A DNA stretch of 64,000 bases from NCBI GenBank assembly GCA_016191425.1, contig JACPOR010000036.1, forward strand, positions 3,002 to 67,001, given 5' to 3'. The notes beneath the pieces are model-generated. The model did no database searches, was not told where the DNA came from, and saw nothing but the letters and a program-made list of their open reading frames with translations. Origin of the DNA: Chloroflexota bacterium. Its GTDB lineage: Bacteria > Chloroflexota > Limnocylindria > Limnocylindrales > CSP1-4. Positions 44,128 to 53,995 of this stretch are shown here, piece by piece. A program made the translations under genes and the position numbers. Positions within the stretch are counted from its first letter, which is position 1, and each line of letters starts with the position of its first letter.

Positions 44128-45498
44128 TCAACTTCGTGCCGCGGCGGCCAGGAAGGCCGCGCTTCCGACGCGATCGAGGAGGTTGGTCGTCATGCGGCCT
44201 TCGAGGAAGGTCTCATTTGCGATGAGCGCCTTGTGGATCTCCACGTTCGTGATGATCCCGTCGATGACGAGCTCATCGAGAGCCGCCCGGCCTCGCTCGA
44301 TCGCCGTTGCCCGATCCGGGCCCCAGGCCATGAGCTTGCCGAGCAGCGAGTCGTAGAACGGGGGCACCTCGTAGCCGGGAAACAGGTGCGAGTCCATCCG
44401 GATGCCGGGCCCACCCGGCGCGTGGTACCGCTCCACGACCCCGGCACCGGGCCGGAAGTCGTGCTCGGGATCCTCGGCGTTGATCCGGAACTCGATGGCG
44501 TGGCCGCGCGGCTGGACGTCGGCCTGGTCGTAGGCGAGCGGCTCGCCAGCGGCAATCTTGATCTGCATCGCCACGAGGTCGATCCCGGTCAGCATCTCGG
44601 TCACGCCGTGCTCCACCTGGATCCGGCAGTTGATCTCGATGAAGTACGGGTCGCCTTCGGCATCGACGAGGAATTCGAGCGTGCCGATGTTCTCGTAGCC
44701 GGCCGCGACGACGGCCGCGATCGCCCGGTCACAGAGGTCGGCCCGGGCGGCCGGGGTCAGTGCAGGCGTGGGGCCTTCCTCGATGATCTTCTGGTGGCGG
44801 CGCTGGACGGAGCAATCGCGCTCGCCGAGATGGATGCCCTTGCCGTACCGATCGACGGCTACCTGGACCTCGACGTGGCGGGTGTCGTCGAGCCATTTCT
44901 CCAGGTACAGCGAGTCATCGCCGAAGGCGGACTTGGCCTCGGACCGGCAGACCTTGATGGCCGACTCGAGTTCGCGAGGCGTCCGGACCATGCGCATGCC
45001 CTTGCCGCCGCCACCCGCGGACGGCTTGATCAGGACGGGATAGCCGATTCGCTCCGCCTCCACGAGGGCGTGCTCGTCATCCCGGATCATGCCCACCGAA
45101 CCCGGGATGGTCGGCAGGCCGTACTCGCCCAGAAGCCGGCGCGTGCCTTCCTTGCTGGCGAACCGATCGAGGACCTCGGGCGGCGGCCCGATGAACGTCA
45201 GATCGTGGGCGCGGACCACTTCCGCGAATGTCTCGTCCTCGGACAGGAACCCGTATCCCGGGTGGATGGCATCGCAGCCCGTCACGACGGCGGCGGAGAT
45301 GATCGCCGGCACGGACAGGTAGGACCGGCGGGCATCCGACGGCCCGATGCAGATCGCCTCGTCGGCCAGCTGGACGGCCAGGCTGTCCCGGTCAGCCTCG
45401 CTGTACGCAACGACGGCCTCGACGCCCAGGGTCCGGCAGGCGCGCAGGATCCGGAGCGCGATCTCCCCGCGGTTGGCGATCAGGATCTTGGTGAACAT
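44128..45498 (-). CDS. accC: Acetyl-CoA carboxylase biotin carboxylase subunit
   Basis: MFTKILIANRGEIALRILRA..., ATP-grasp GGGGKGMR and EINCRIQVEH. Confidence 0.95.
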   Translation of the reverse strand: MFTKILIANRGEIALRILRACRTLGVEAVVAYSEADRDSLAVQLADEAICIGPSDARRSYLSVPAIISAAVVTGCDAIHPGYGFLSEDETFAEVVRAHDLTFIGPPPEVLDRFASKEGTRRLLGEYGLPTIPGSVGMIRDDEHALVEAERIGYPVLIKPSAGGGGKGMRMVRTPRELESAIKVCRSEAKSAFGDDSLYLEKWLDDTRHVEVQVAVDRYGKGIHLGERDCSVQRRHQKIIEEGPTPALTPAARADLCDRAIAAVVAAGYENIGTLEFLVDAEGDPYFIEINCRIQVEHGVTEMLTGIDLVAMQIKIAAGEPLAYDQADVQPRGHAIEFRINAEDPEHDFRPGAGVVERYHAPGGPGIRMDSHLFPGYEVPPFYDSLLGKLMAWGPDRATAIERGRAALDELVIDGIITNVEIHKALIANETFLEGRMTTNLLDRVGSAAFLAAAARS

Positions 45499-45501
45499 CT
45501 C

Positions 45502-46278
45502 TCAGCGCGCCTCGGTCGCCGTTGGGGCCTCGATGTGCACAAGGTCCTGACCGTACTCCACGGCGGTGCCACCTTCGACGATGACGCCGATCACGATGCC
45601 GTCGGTCGGCGCGACCACGTCCTGCGGGATCCCCAGCATGTCCACGACGCCGACCCGGTCACCGGCCTTCACCCGAGTCCCGGCGACGGCCGTCGGGCCG
45701 GGCTGGAAGATGCCGACCGCGGGAGACGTGGCAATCGGGTCTCGGGTGGCCGCGAGTGCGGCAGCGTGGCCGGCTTCTCCCTCGTCGGGACGACCCGGGC
45801 CGACAGGCGCGAGCCCCGGCGGGGTTCCGTTCGAGGATGCCGAGGCGCCCGATGCCGCGCCCGAAGCGGCGCCCGAAACCGTTCCCGATCCGGTGCCCGA
45901 TCCGGTGCCCGATCCGGTGATGCCGCGGCCCGGTCCCGGCGCGCCGACTCCCTCGTGGCTGCCATGGGCTCGTGGGCCGGTGCGATCCGTGGCGCGTCGC
46001 CCGAGGTCCGGTCCGGCCCCGGCCGGCCGGCGCAGCCGGACGTGCCAGTCTCCCTCCGTGACCTCGAGCTCACCGACGTTGAGCGTGGCGAGCTTGGCGA
46101 TCAGCGACGGGACGAGCGAATCGAGGAGCTGTCCGATCCCGGCGTGCGCCGCGGCCCGTGCGGCCTCGCGGTCGGGCCGTGCAGCCTCGCGGTCGGCCCG
46201 TGGAGCGTCGCGGTCGGGCCGTGCAGCCTCGCGGTCGGCCCGTGGAGCGTCGCGGTCCGGTTCACGTTCCTGGGGCAC
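45502..46278 (-). CDS. BCCP-like protein lacking the biotinyl lysine (EAMK replaced by DMLG), with a repeat-rich N-terminus
   Basis: The C-terminus SPAVGIFQPGP...AGDRVGVVDMLGIPQDVVAPTDGIVIGVIVEGG aligns by eye with the BCCP biotinyl domain, but Lys is replaced by Gly. It occupies the slot directly upstream of accC. Confidence 0.75.
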   Translation of the reverse strand: MPQEREPDRDAPRADREAARPDRDAPRADREAARPDREAARAAAHAGIGQLLDSLVPSLIAKLATLNVGELEVTEGDWHVRLRRPAGAGPDLGRRATDRTGPRAHGSHEGVGAPGPGRGITGSGTGSGTGSGTVSGAASGAASGASASSNGTPPGLAPVGPGRPDEGEAGHAAALAATRDPIATSPAVGIFQPGPTAVAGTRVKAGDRVGVVDMLGIPQDVVAPTDGIVIGVIVEGGTAVEYGQDLVHIEAPTATEAR

Positions 46279-46280
46279 GC

Positions 46281-47282
46281 TCAGGCCTCCTCGCGGGCGG
46301 GCGGATCGTCATGGCTTGACGATCCGGAAGTCGATGGCCCCGTCAACCACCGGGTCGGGTCCAGCAGGTCGCGCACCCGATCGACAAGCCCCCGGGGGGG
46401 CGGCGGCGTCACCGGTGGCGTTGTCACCTCAGTGTAGGCGCCGAATGCCCGGTACCGCCGATAGCGGGCCGCGAGGAGCTCGTCCGACGGGATGGGCGCG
46501 AGACGATCGAGCTCCGCGACGATGACCGCTCGAAGGCGACGGGCCGTCTCCGCGTGGTCGGCGTGGGCACCTTCGCCGGGCTCGGCTACGACCCGATCCA
46601 CGACACCGAGCTCCAGCTGGTCGTGGGCCGACATCCGCATCGCGAGGGCGGCCGTCGCGGCCTCGTCCGACGTCCGCCAGAGGATGGCCGCGCAGCCTTC
46701 GGGGCTGATCACGGCGTAGACGGCGTTCTCGAGCGCGATGACCACGTCGCCGACCGCGATGGCGATGGCCCCGCCCGAGCCGCCCTCCCCGGTGATGATC
46801 GAGATGATCGGGGTCCGAAGCCGGGTCATCGTGCCGATCGACCGGGCGATCGCCTCCGCGATGCCCCGTTCCTCCGACTCGGGACCGGGGTGGGCGCCCG
46901 GGACGTCGACGAAGGTGACGACCGGCAGGCCGAACCGCTCGGCGAGCTCCATGGCGCGGATGGCCTTTCGATAGCCCTCCGGGTGGGGCATGCCGAAGTT
47001 GCGTCGGACGTTCTCGTCCGTGTCGGCGCCCTTCTGCTGGCCGACGAAGACGACGCGCCGGCCATCGATCCGGGCGAAGCCGCAGGCCATTGCCGCGTCG
47101 TCGCCGAAGGCCCGGTCGCCGTGGATCTCCACGATCTCGTCGGCCATCTCGGCGAGCAGGTCCAGGGTCCGCGGGCGGCGCACGTTCCGGGCCAGCTGCA
47201 CGCGGTTCCACATCTGCGCCTTCGCGTCCTCCGGCACTGCGGGTTCCTCGGCCGGATGGCGCCCGAGCAGGCGATCAACCAC
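46281..47282 (-). CDS. accA: Acetyl-CoA carboxylase carboxyltransferase alpha subunit
   Basis: ARNVRRPRTLD...FVGQQKG...NFGMPHPEGYRKA...ITGEGGSGGA. GTG 47282 overlaps the accD stop by 8 nt. Confidence 0.9.
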   Translation of the reverse strand: MVDRLLGRHPAEEPAVPEDAKAQMWNRVQLARNVRRPRTLDLLAEMADEIVEIHGDRAFGDDAAMACGFARIDGRRVVFVGQQKGADTDENVRRNFGMPHPEGYRKAIRAMELAERFGLPVVTFVDVPGAHPGPESEERGIAEAIARSIGTMTRLRTPIISIITGEGGSGGAIAIAVGDVVIALENAVYAVISPEGCAAILWRTSDEAATAALAMRMSAHDQLELGVVDRVVAEPGEGAHADHAETARRLRAVIVAELDRLAPIPSDELLAARYRRYRAFGAYTEVTTPPVTPPPPRGLVDRVRDLLDPTRWLTGPSTSGSSSHDDPPAREEA

Positions 47283-48288
47283 GGGTCGCCTCCCGGTCGG
47301 CGGCTCGCGCCGGCGGGACCGCTGCCGAGAGCCCCTCACCGGGCCGTGGTGCCGTCTCGTCCGACAGGCCCATGTCGGGCACCACCTTGTCGGCCAGCGA
47401 TGTCAGGAACCCGATGGGATCGAAGAGCGATCGACCCTCGATCGGCGCAGGGTGGTTGGGGGACGGCACGAGATAGCGCAGAAGCTGGGCGATCTCACCC
47501 CGAAGGGCGCGCCGCGTCACGACCCGGTCCACGAACCCGTGTTCGAACAGGAACTCGGAGCGCTGGAAACCGGGCGGCAGCTCCTGGGCGATCGTGCCCG
47601 CCGAGACGCGCGCGCCCGCGAACCCGATGAGGGCGTTGGGTTCGGCGATGTTCACGTCGCCGAGGACAGCGTACGACGCGAACACGCCGCCGGTCGTCGG
47701 ATCGCTCATCACCGAGATGAAGGGCACCCCTGCCACGCGCAACCGCTCGAGGGCACCGACCGTCTTGGCAAGCTGCATCAGGGCGAACGTGCCTTCCTGC
47801 ATCCGGGCACCGCCCGATGCGGACACGATGATCAGGGGGATCCGCTCAAGGAGGGCCTGCTCGGCCGCCCGGGTCACCTTCTCGCCGACCACGGCACCCA
47901 TCGAGCCACCCATGAACGCGAAGTCCATGACGCACATGGATACCCGGTGCCCGTCGATGCTGGCCGTGCCGCGGATGGCCGCGTCCCGCATGCCCGTGGC
48001 CAGTTGCGCCGCCGCGATCCTGTCCGGATAGGGCTTCTGGTCCACGAAACCGAGCGCATCGACGCTCTGCAGGCCGGCGTCCGCCTCAATGAAGCTCCGC
48101 TCGTCGACGAGGAGCGCGATGCGCGCCTCGGCCGACAGACGGAAGTGGTGGCCGCAGGTCGGGCAGACGCGATCGGCCTTGTCGAGCTGCTTGTTGAAGA
48201 GCATCTCGGAACAGGACGGGCACTTGGTCCAGAGGTCCGCCGGGTAGGCGTCCTTGCGCGGGCGGAAGGATGGGAGCTTGATCGGCAT
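47275..48288 (-). CDS. accD: Acetyl-CoA carboxylase carboxyltransferase beta subunit
   Basis: Zn ribbon CPSCSEMLFNKQL...CPTCGHHF, plus MDFAFMGGSMG. Start trimmed to ATG 48288. Confidence 0.9.
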   Translation of the reverse strand: MPIKLPSFRPRKDAYPADLWTKCPSCSEMLFNKQLDKADRVCPTCGHHFRLSAEARIALLVDERSFIEADAGLQSVDALGFVDQKPYPDRIAAAQLATGMRDAAIRGTASIDGHRVSMCVMDFAFMGGSMGAVVGEKVTRAAEQALLERIPLIIVSASGGARMQEGTFALMQLAKTVGALERLRVAGVPFISVMSDPTTGGVFASYAVLGDVNIAEPNALIGFAGARVSAGTIAQELPPGFQRSEFLFEHGFVDRVVTRRALRGEIAQLLRYLVPSPNHPAPIEGRSLFDPIGFLTSLADKVVPDMGLSDETAPRPGEGLSAAVPPARAADREATRG

Positions 48289-48295
48289 CGTTCGC

Positions 48296-48928
48296 CTAGG
48301 CCGGCCGGCCGCGCATGGACGACGTCGATGGGCGGTGGGAGGCACGGGCCGCACGCGTGGCATGGGCCGCGCGGGCGGCATGGGCCGCGCGGGCGGCACG
48401 GGCCATCGGCGAGCCGCTCGGGCGGGATCGACGCCACACCATCCATGCGGCGCCGGCGAGGCTCAATGCGGATGCCGCTACCGCGCCCCCGAAAAGGAGC
48501 GGTCGCGGGCCCGATCCGGCCGGCGCCGTGTCGCCGAGGTCGTCGAGCGGGTCGACACCGAGGCCCCGGATCGGCTGGGGCATCGTCGTCCAGCCCGAGG
48601 CGCCTTCGCCCCCCGCTGCCACGGGCAGGCGCATCGAGGCGGCAGCCTCGGCGAGACGCACGGCGAGCCGCTCCTCGAAACGGAATGAGGGATGGAACCG
48701 GGGCAGGTCGCGGGTGAGGCGTTCGGACGCCAGGCGAACACCTTCGTCGGGGAACTCCGGGTCGAGGCCGCGGCGCACTCCGGACAGGAGCCACGGTCGC
48801 CGCGGCGGTTCTGCGGCGGGCCCGTCAGCCGGGACGATCCGCCGGTCGGCGGCGGCGAGGAGCGAATCGAGGTATCGATCGGTGACGAGCGCATCGACCT
48901 CGACGACGTCCCGTCCCAAGAGCGTCAC
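48296..48928 (-). CDS. Putative single-pass anti-sigma factor (RsdA-like arrangement)
   Basis: Its GTG start overlaps the sigma stop (GTGA). N-terminus VEVDALVTDRYLDSLLAAADRR. One TM, PLLFGGAVAASALSLAGAAWMVW. The C-terminal ARAARAAHAARAAH tail is repeat-derived. Confidence 0.55.
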   Translation of the reverse strand: MTLLGRDVVEVDALVTDRYLDSLLAAADRRIVPADGPAAEPPRRPWLLSGVRRGLDPEFPDEGVRLASERLTRDLPRFHPSFRFEERLAVRLAEAAASMRLPVAAGGEGASGWTTMPQPIRGLGVDPLDDLGDTAPAGSGPRPLLFGGAVAASALSLAGAAWMVWRRSRPSGSPMARAARAAHAARAAHATRAARASHRPSTSSMRGRPA

Positions 48929-49590
48929 GTGCCACCTCGCGCGCGACGCCGGTCCGTGCCATCCGCGCCATCGACGAGGTCCCGGGCGACGCCCCGGAGC
49001 CCGCGGTGGAGCAGCACCCGAACAGCACCCTCGGACCGGCCCATGACCCCGGCGATCTCGGCCGTGCTGAGCTCGTTGACGAACCGGAGGACGAGGGCTC
49101 GCCGGCGATCCCCGGGCAGTCGACCGACGGCGCGCCAGGCGGACGCCGCCTCGTCACGCCGAACGGCGTCGGCCTCCACGTTCAGCGGGTCGGCGATGAT
49201 GGCTGCCGCGGGATCGTCGAGGACGACCGCAGGGTGGCGGCGGCTCGATCGGCGTTCGTTGGCGATCCCGTTCCGGGCAATCTGGAAGAGCCAGACCTTG
49301 AACGTGGAGGCACCGTCGCCGTCCTCGGGTCGGGCCCGCTCCTCGAACTGCGACAGGTTCGTCAACGCGGACAGGAACGTCCGCGCGGTCGCGTCCTCGG
49401 CCGCGTGATGATCCCCGAGTTCGTAGTAGGCGAAGCTGTACACCTGGGCAACGTACCGCCGGTAGAGGGCCTCGAATCGTCCCGGTTCCCGAAGCGCCGC
49501 GTCGACGAGCGGCCGATCGAGATCCAGGTGGGCGATCCGCGGCGCGGCCGTCTGCGCCGCGCCCGCATTCCTGAACACCGGACGGGCCAT
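48925..49590 (-). CDS. ECF-type RNA polymerase sigma factor
   Basis: FEALYRRYVAQVYSFAYYELGDHHAAEDATARTFLSA (region 2). RRALVLRFVNELSTAEIAGVMGRSEGAVRVLLHRG (region 4). ATG 49590 lies 4 nt after the birA stop. Confidence 0.85.
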   Translation of the reverse strand: MARPVFRNAGAAQTAAPRIAHLDLDRPLVDAALREPGRFEALYRRYVAQVYSFAYYELGDHHAAEDATARTFLSALTNLSQFEERARPEDGDGASTFKVWLFQIARNGIANERRSSRRHPAVVLDDPAAAIIADPLNVEADAVRRDEAASAWRAVGRLPGDRRRALVLRFVNELSTAEIAGVMGRSEGAVRVLLHRGLRGVARDLVDGADGTDRRRARGGT

Positions 49591-49594
49591 CGCG

Positions 49595-50485
49595 TTACAC
49601 CGATCCCGCCTGCGCCATCCGCAGGCTGAGGATCTCGCCCGCGAGGACAAGGCGCTCGACGGGCGGTCCCTCCGGGCCGACCTCCTCGATCACGAGCGCG
49701 CCGCTCGCAGCGTCGACCCCCATGGCCCGCACCGACCGTCGCGATCCGTCGAGGCCGGACAGGGTGACGAGGTGACCGGTGGTCACCTGGCGGGCGGTCC
49801 ACCCCGCGACGTCGAAGCGACCGCCGCGAAGGGCGGCGAGGCGCGTCTCGAGGCGCCCGAGGAACCCCTCGAGGAGGGCCTCGCGCGCAATCGGACGACC
49901 ACCGGAAATCTCGTGGAGGGACGTCATCGTGGCGGCGAGCTCGACCGGGAAGGCGGTCGCCGGCCAGTCGGCGTTGATCCCGATCCCGATCACGACCCGC
50001 GGGTCGGTGGTGCCGAGCCCATCGGACTCACCGAGGATCCCCGCCAACTTGCGGAGGGCGAGGGGCGCGGCCCGGCGGCTCATGGCCTCGCCGGCAGTGA
50101 CATCGCCGATGAGCAGGGCGCCGGCTCCGTCGCGGACGATCACGAGGTCGTTGGGCCACTTCAGGCGAATCGTTCCTTCCCCGAGTCCGGCCGTGTCCTC
50201 AGCCGCATCGGCCATGGCCAGCGCCACGATCCCGGCCAGGCGCCAGGCATCGGCCGGGTCGAGCCAGGTGGGCCGGAACCCGACGGAGCACAGCAACCCG
50301 GCGCCGGTCGGTGCGGTCCAGGCGCGCCCGTTCCGGCCGCGACCCGCCAGCTGCTCGTCGGCGACGGCGACGCAGACCTCCGGCGTTCCGCCGGCGAGCC
50401 AGCCACGGACAATGTCGTTCGTGGAGCCGACCGCGCCGAATCGCTCGACCCGGGCATACGCGTCGAGGATCCCCGGGCCGGTCAT
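49595..50485 (-). CDS. birA: Biotin-[acetyl-CoA-carboxylase] ligase (group I, no N-terminal HTH)
   Basis: GSTND...ADEQLAGRGRNGRAWTAP signature. Start trimmed to ATG 50485. Confidence 0.85.
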   Translation of the reverse strand: MTGPGILDAYARVERFGAVGSTNDIVRGWLAGGTPEVCVAVADEQLAGRGRNGRAWTAPTGAGLLCSVGFRPTWLDPADAWRLAGIVALAMADAAEDTAGLGEGTIRLKWPNDLVIVRDGAGALLIGDVTAGEAMSRRAAPLALRKLAGILGESDGLGTTDPRVVIGIGINADWPATAFPVELAATMTSLHEISGGRPIAREALLEGFLGRLETRLAALRGGRFDVAGWTARQVTTGHLVTLSGLDGSRRSVRAMGVDAASGALVIEEVGPEGPPVERLVLAGEILSLRMAQAGSV

Positions 50486-50489
50486 CGGA

Positions 50490-51764
50490 TCAGCCGGCCA
50501 CCTGGCCGGCCGCCTTGGCGTCGACCGGATCCGGCCGCGCCAGCTCGAATGCGCCGTGCAGCGCATCCAGCGCCTTTGGCAGGGCCTCCTCGGCGATCAT
50601 GCAGGTGATCCGGACCTCCGATGTCGAGATCATCTCGATGTTGACGCCGGCGTCGGCGAGGGTCCCGAACATCCTGGCCGCGTAGCCCGGCGCGTTGTGC
50701 AGCCCGGCCCCGACGATCGACACCTTGGCGACCGACGCGTCCGTGGTCAGCTCGCGGGCCCCGAGCTCACGCACGATCGGCTCCAGGACCTTCTTCGCCT
50801 TGGCAAGCTCGACGCGCGGCACCGTGAACGAGAGGTCAGTGGCGCCGCCGTGGCCGACGTTCTGGACGATCATGTCGACGTTGATGCCCGCCTCCGCGAG
50901 GGGAGCGAACAGCGTCCGGGCCACGCCCGGGCGGTCCGGCACCGCGACGACGGTGACCTTGGCGACATTGCGGTCATGGGCCAGGCCGCGAACCTTGTTG
51001 CGCTGTTCCACGAGCAGGTCCTCCTTGATGAGCGTTCCCGGCGCGTCCTCGAACGAGCTGAGGACCTCGATGACGACGGCGTTGACCCAGCCGAGCTCGA
51101 CAGCCCGGACCTGCATGACCTGGGCGCCCTGGTGGGCGAGTTCGAGCATTTCCTCGTAGCCGATCACCGGGAGCTGGCGGGCGTCCCTGACGATCCGCGG
51201 ATCCGCGGTGTAGATCCCTCGGACGTCGGTGAAGATCTGGCACCGCTCGGCGGCGAGCGCGGCGGCGAGGGCGACGGCCGTCGTATCCGAGCCGCCCCGA
51301 CCCAGGGTGGTCATCTCGGCCCGGCCGACAGCGTCGGCACTCTGGCCCTGGAAACCGGCCACGATGACGACGTTCCCCCGTTCGATCTCCTCGCGGATCC
51401 GGACCGGATCCACGTTGGCGATCCGGGCCCGACCGTAACGTCCGTCCGTGGTGATCCCGGCCTGCGGCCCGGTCAGGGAGATGGCCTTGACCCCCAGCGC
51501 GTGCAGCGCCATCGACACGAGCGTCGCGCTCTGGTGCTCGCCGGTGGCCAGGAGCATGTCCAGTTCACGCGGATCCGGCTCGTCGGTGATGGCGGTCGCG
51601 AGGGCGAGGAGCTCATCGGTGGTGTCGCCCATCGCCGAGACGACGACAACGAGGCTCGAACCGACCTCGCGTTCTCGGGCAATTCGTCGGGCGACGCGTC
51701 GAATTCGATCCGCATCCGCGACGGAGGAGCCGCCGAACTTCTGGACGACAAGGGGGCGTGGCAT
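50490..51764 (-). CDS. lysC: Aspartate kinase
   Basis: [20 protein letters not shown]...[13 protein letters not shown] and C-terminal ACT domains. Confidence 0.95.
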   Translation of the reverse strand: MPRPLVVQKFGGSSVADADRIRRVARRIAREREVGSSLVVVVSAMGDTTDELLALATAITDEPDPRELDMLLATGEHQSATLVSMALHALGVKAISLTGPQAGITTDGRYGRARIANVDPVRIREEIERGNVVIVAGFQGQSADAVGRAEMTTLGRGGSDTTAVALAAALAAERCQIFTDVRGIYTADPRIVRDARQLPVIGYEEMLELAHQGAQVMQVRAVELGWVNAVVIEVLSSFEDAPGTLIKEDLLVEQRNKVRGLAHDRNVAKVTVVAVPDRPGVARTLFAPLAEAGINVDMIVQNVGHGGATDLSFTVPRVELAKAKKVLEPIVRELGARELTTDASVAKVSIVGAGLHNAPGYAARMFGTLADAGVNIEMISTSEVRITCMIAEEALPKALDALHGAFELARPDPVDAKAAGQVAG

Positions 51765-51830
51765 CGGGCGGGCATTCTACCCGACCGATCGCGGCGCTCC
51801 CCGCGGCAACCTGGTGGCGCGTGAGCGATC

Positions 51831-51930
51831 GCGGGCGCGTGCGGCAACGTGCCGGCGCGCGCGCCAGCCTGCCGGCGCGTGCGGCATCGCGCCGGCGCGT
51901 GCGGCATCGCGCCGGCGCGTGCGGCAACGG
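51831..51930. repeat. Tandem repeat, 20-bp unit GCCGGCGCGTGCGGCATCGC x5 (outer units degenerate)
   Basis: Direct reading in the divergent lysC/GNAT gap. Confidence 0.85.
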
Positions 51931-51965
51931 GGACGCGGTTCTGTCGGCACGGCACAATCTCCGTG

Positions 51966-52898
51966 ATGGTGGCCGGTCGTTTTCGTTCTCGGGCCTGGCG
52001 ATCCCGCGACGACACGCGCCTGATGCAGGCGCTCGCCAGGACGCGGCTCGAGGTGGACTGGCCGGCCATCAGGTTCCATCCCGGTGACCTCGATTGGTGG
52101 GTCGTGCAGGCGCACGGACGCGTACCCGGCGTGGCCGGGGGAGTCCGGCTCTGGTTCGGTCCCGGTCACGAACTTGCCGCCTTCGGCTGGTTCTCGCCAC
52201 CCGCCGACCTCGACTTCCTCGTGGGGTCCATCGAGTCCGGTGCGACGGCGACGCTCGTGGGCGAGATGATCGCGTGGGCAGACCGATGCCGGAGCGCAGG
52301 CGCCGATGCGTCGACGGAGCCGCTGCGAGCGTGGGTTGCCGTCGGCGACGAACCGGGAATGGGTGCTCTGCGTGCGCTCGGTCTCGTGGTCGAGGCGCGG
52401 CCCGGATTCGTCCAGTTCACGGGTGAACTCAGCTTGACCGATCGATGGCCACCGCCGAGGCTGGCACCCGGGTTGGCCTTGCGGATACTCGCCAGCGATG
52501 CGGACATCGAGGCGCGGGTCGCCTGCGGTCGGGCGGCGTTTCCGGGATCCACAATGACGCCCGAGCGCTATCGGACGGTGCGGGAGTCGTGGCTGTATCG
52601 CGACGATCTGGATCTCCAGATCGTCGCCGCCGACGGCGCCGTGGTGGCCTTCGCCCTCGGTTGGTTCGATGAGGCCAGCGGCGTCGTGGAACTCGAGCCG
52701 GTCGGCGTCCGCCCGGATTGGCATCGGCGCGGCCTCGGCGGTGAGATCTGTCGTGCCGTGCTCCGTGTCGCCCGCGGCCTCGGGGCGGAACGTGCCACCA
52801 TCGCGGCCGAACGGCGCAACGACGCAGCGCTCGGCCTGTATGCGAACCTTGGCCTGAGCATCACCGCCGAGATCATCTCGGTCGCCAGACCGAGATGA
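51966..52898 (+). CDS. GNAT-family acetyltransferase (two-lobed)
   Basis: C-terminal acetyl-CoA motif VGVRPDWHRRGLGGEICRAVL. ATG 51966 is preceded 7 nt upstream by CACAAT, with no SD. Confidence 0.75.
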   Translation: MVAGRFRSRAWRSRDDTRLMQALARTRLEVDWPAIRFHPGDLDWWVVQAHGRVPGVAGGVRLWFGPGHELAAFGWFSPPADLDFLVGSIESGATATLVGEMIAWADRCRSAGADASTEPLRAWVAVGDEPGMGALRALGLVVEARPGFVQFTGELSLTDRWPPPRLAPGLALRILASDADIEARVACGRAAFPGSTMTPERYRTVRESWLYRDDLDLQIVAADGAVVAFALGWFDEASGVVELEPVGVRPDWHRRGLGGEICRAVLRVARGLGAERATIAAERRNDAALGLYANLGLSITAEIISVARPR

Positions 52899-52941
52899 GA
52901 CCACCGCTGAGCGACGTCGGCTGACCACCAAGGAGGACCTC

Positions 52942-53727
52942 GTGTGCTTCGACATCGATAGCCGCCCACCCATCATCCCGATGTTGGGCGGCGCCCTCGA
53001 CGCCGGGCCGATGACCCTCACGTCGGCCGATGGCACCGCCTTCAGTGCCTACGCTTCGCGCGCCGCGAACCCGACCGGCGCCGGAGTCCTGATCCTGCCC
53101 GACAGACGCGGACTCCATGCGTACTACGAGGAGCTGGCCCTCCGCTTCGCTGAACACGGGCTCGATTCGGTCGCGATCGACTACTTCGGGCGGACGGCCG
53201 GGATCGGCAACCGGGGTGCCGACTTCGAGTTCGGGCCGCATGTCGGCCGGACCCGCTGGGCGACGCTGGCCGCCGACATCGCGGCAGGAGCCGCGGCGCT
53301 GCGGACCCTGCGCATGGCGGACGAGGCAGCATCGCGCGTGTTCGTCACCGGATTCTGCATGGGCGGCCGGCTCACGTTCCTCGCCGGCACCCTGGGGCTC
53401 GACCTGGCCGGCCTCATCGGGTTCTACGGCTGGCCCACCGGGAATGCCGGCAATGGCTCCCCGGCTCCGGCCGATGTGGCGGCGGATATCTCCGCACCCG
53501 TCCTGGCGATCTACGGCGGGGCGGACGAGGGCATCACGAAGGAGGCTCGCGAGACATTCGACCATGCTCTTGACGCCGCCGGGGTCGAGCGACGAACGGT
53601 CACCTACCCTGGCGCGCCGCACTCGTTCTTCGATCGCAAGGCCAGCCAGTACGTCGAGGCGTCGGCGGGCGCCTGGGCCGAGGTCCTTGCCTTCATCGGC
53701 GGCCACGGGGCGGGCGTCACCGCCTGA
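52942..53727 (+). CDS. Dienelactone hydrolase family protein
   Basis: GTG 52942 follows AGGAGG. GAGVLILPDRRGL..., nucleophile elbow GFCMGG, and C-terminal GAPHSF. Confidence 0.85.
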   Translation: MCFDIDSRPPIIPMLGGALDAGPMTLTSADGTAFSAYASRAANPTGAGVLILPDRRGLHAYYEELALRFAEHGLDSVAIDYFGRTAGIGNRGADFEFGPHVGRTRWATLAADIAAGAAALRTLRMADEAASRVFVTGFCMGGRLTFLAGTLGLDLAGLIGFYGWPTGNAGNGSPAPADVAADISAPVLAIYGGADEGITKEARETFDHALDAAGVERRTVTYPGAPHSFFDRKASQYVEASAGAWAEVLAFIGGHGAGVTA

Positions 53728-53929
53728 ACACGCTCCAGGCAACCAGGACGACGATGGCGACGACGATCACGAGGAACCACGGACCCGGCAGGAGGGACTG
53801 CAAGGCGTTCACGAGACCCTGAATCGCTGCGCCAAGGGCCCGGACCGCGCCCCCGACGAGCCCGGCGATCCCGTCCCCGATGCTCTGCGCGAGGTTGCCG
53901 GCGGCGTTCATTGAGGAAGTGTCCGCCAT
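53717..53929 (-). CDS. Small (70 aa) membrane protein of unknown function
   Basis: MADTSSMNAAGNLAQSIGDGIAGLVGG...PWFLVIVVAIVVLVAWSVFRR, with a C-terminal TM. The track ORF extends upstream into the 23-bp repeats. Confidence 0.45.
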   Translation of the reverse strand: MADTSSMNAAGNLAQSIGDGIAGLVGGAVRALGAAIQGLVNALQSLLPGPWFLVIVVAIVVLVAWSVFRR

Positions 53930-53995
53930 GGCGTCAACGCCTGGCACACGCCGCCCAAGGCGATCATCTGGGCGACACTTGGCCGATGCCGTCCC

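Noticed and set aside
51765-51965. Lysine riboswitch upstream of lysC
   Set aside because: The gap consists mainly of 20-bp tandem repeats, and none of the conserved L-box segments is recognisable.
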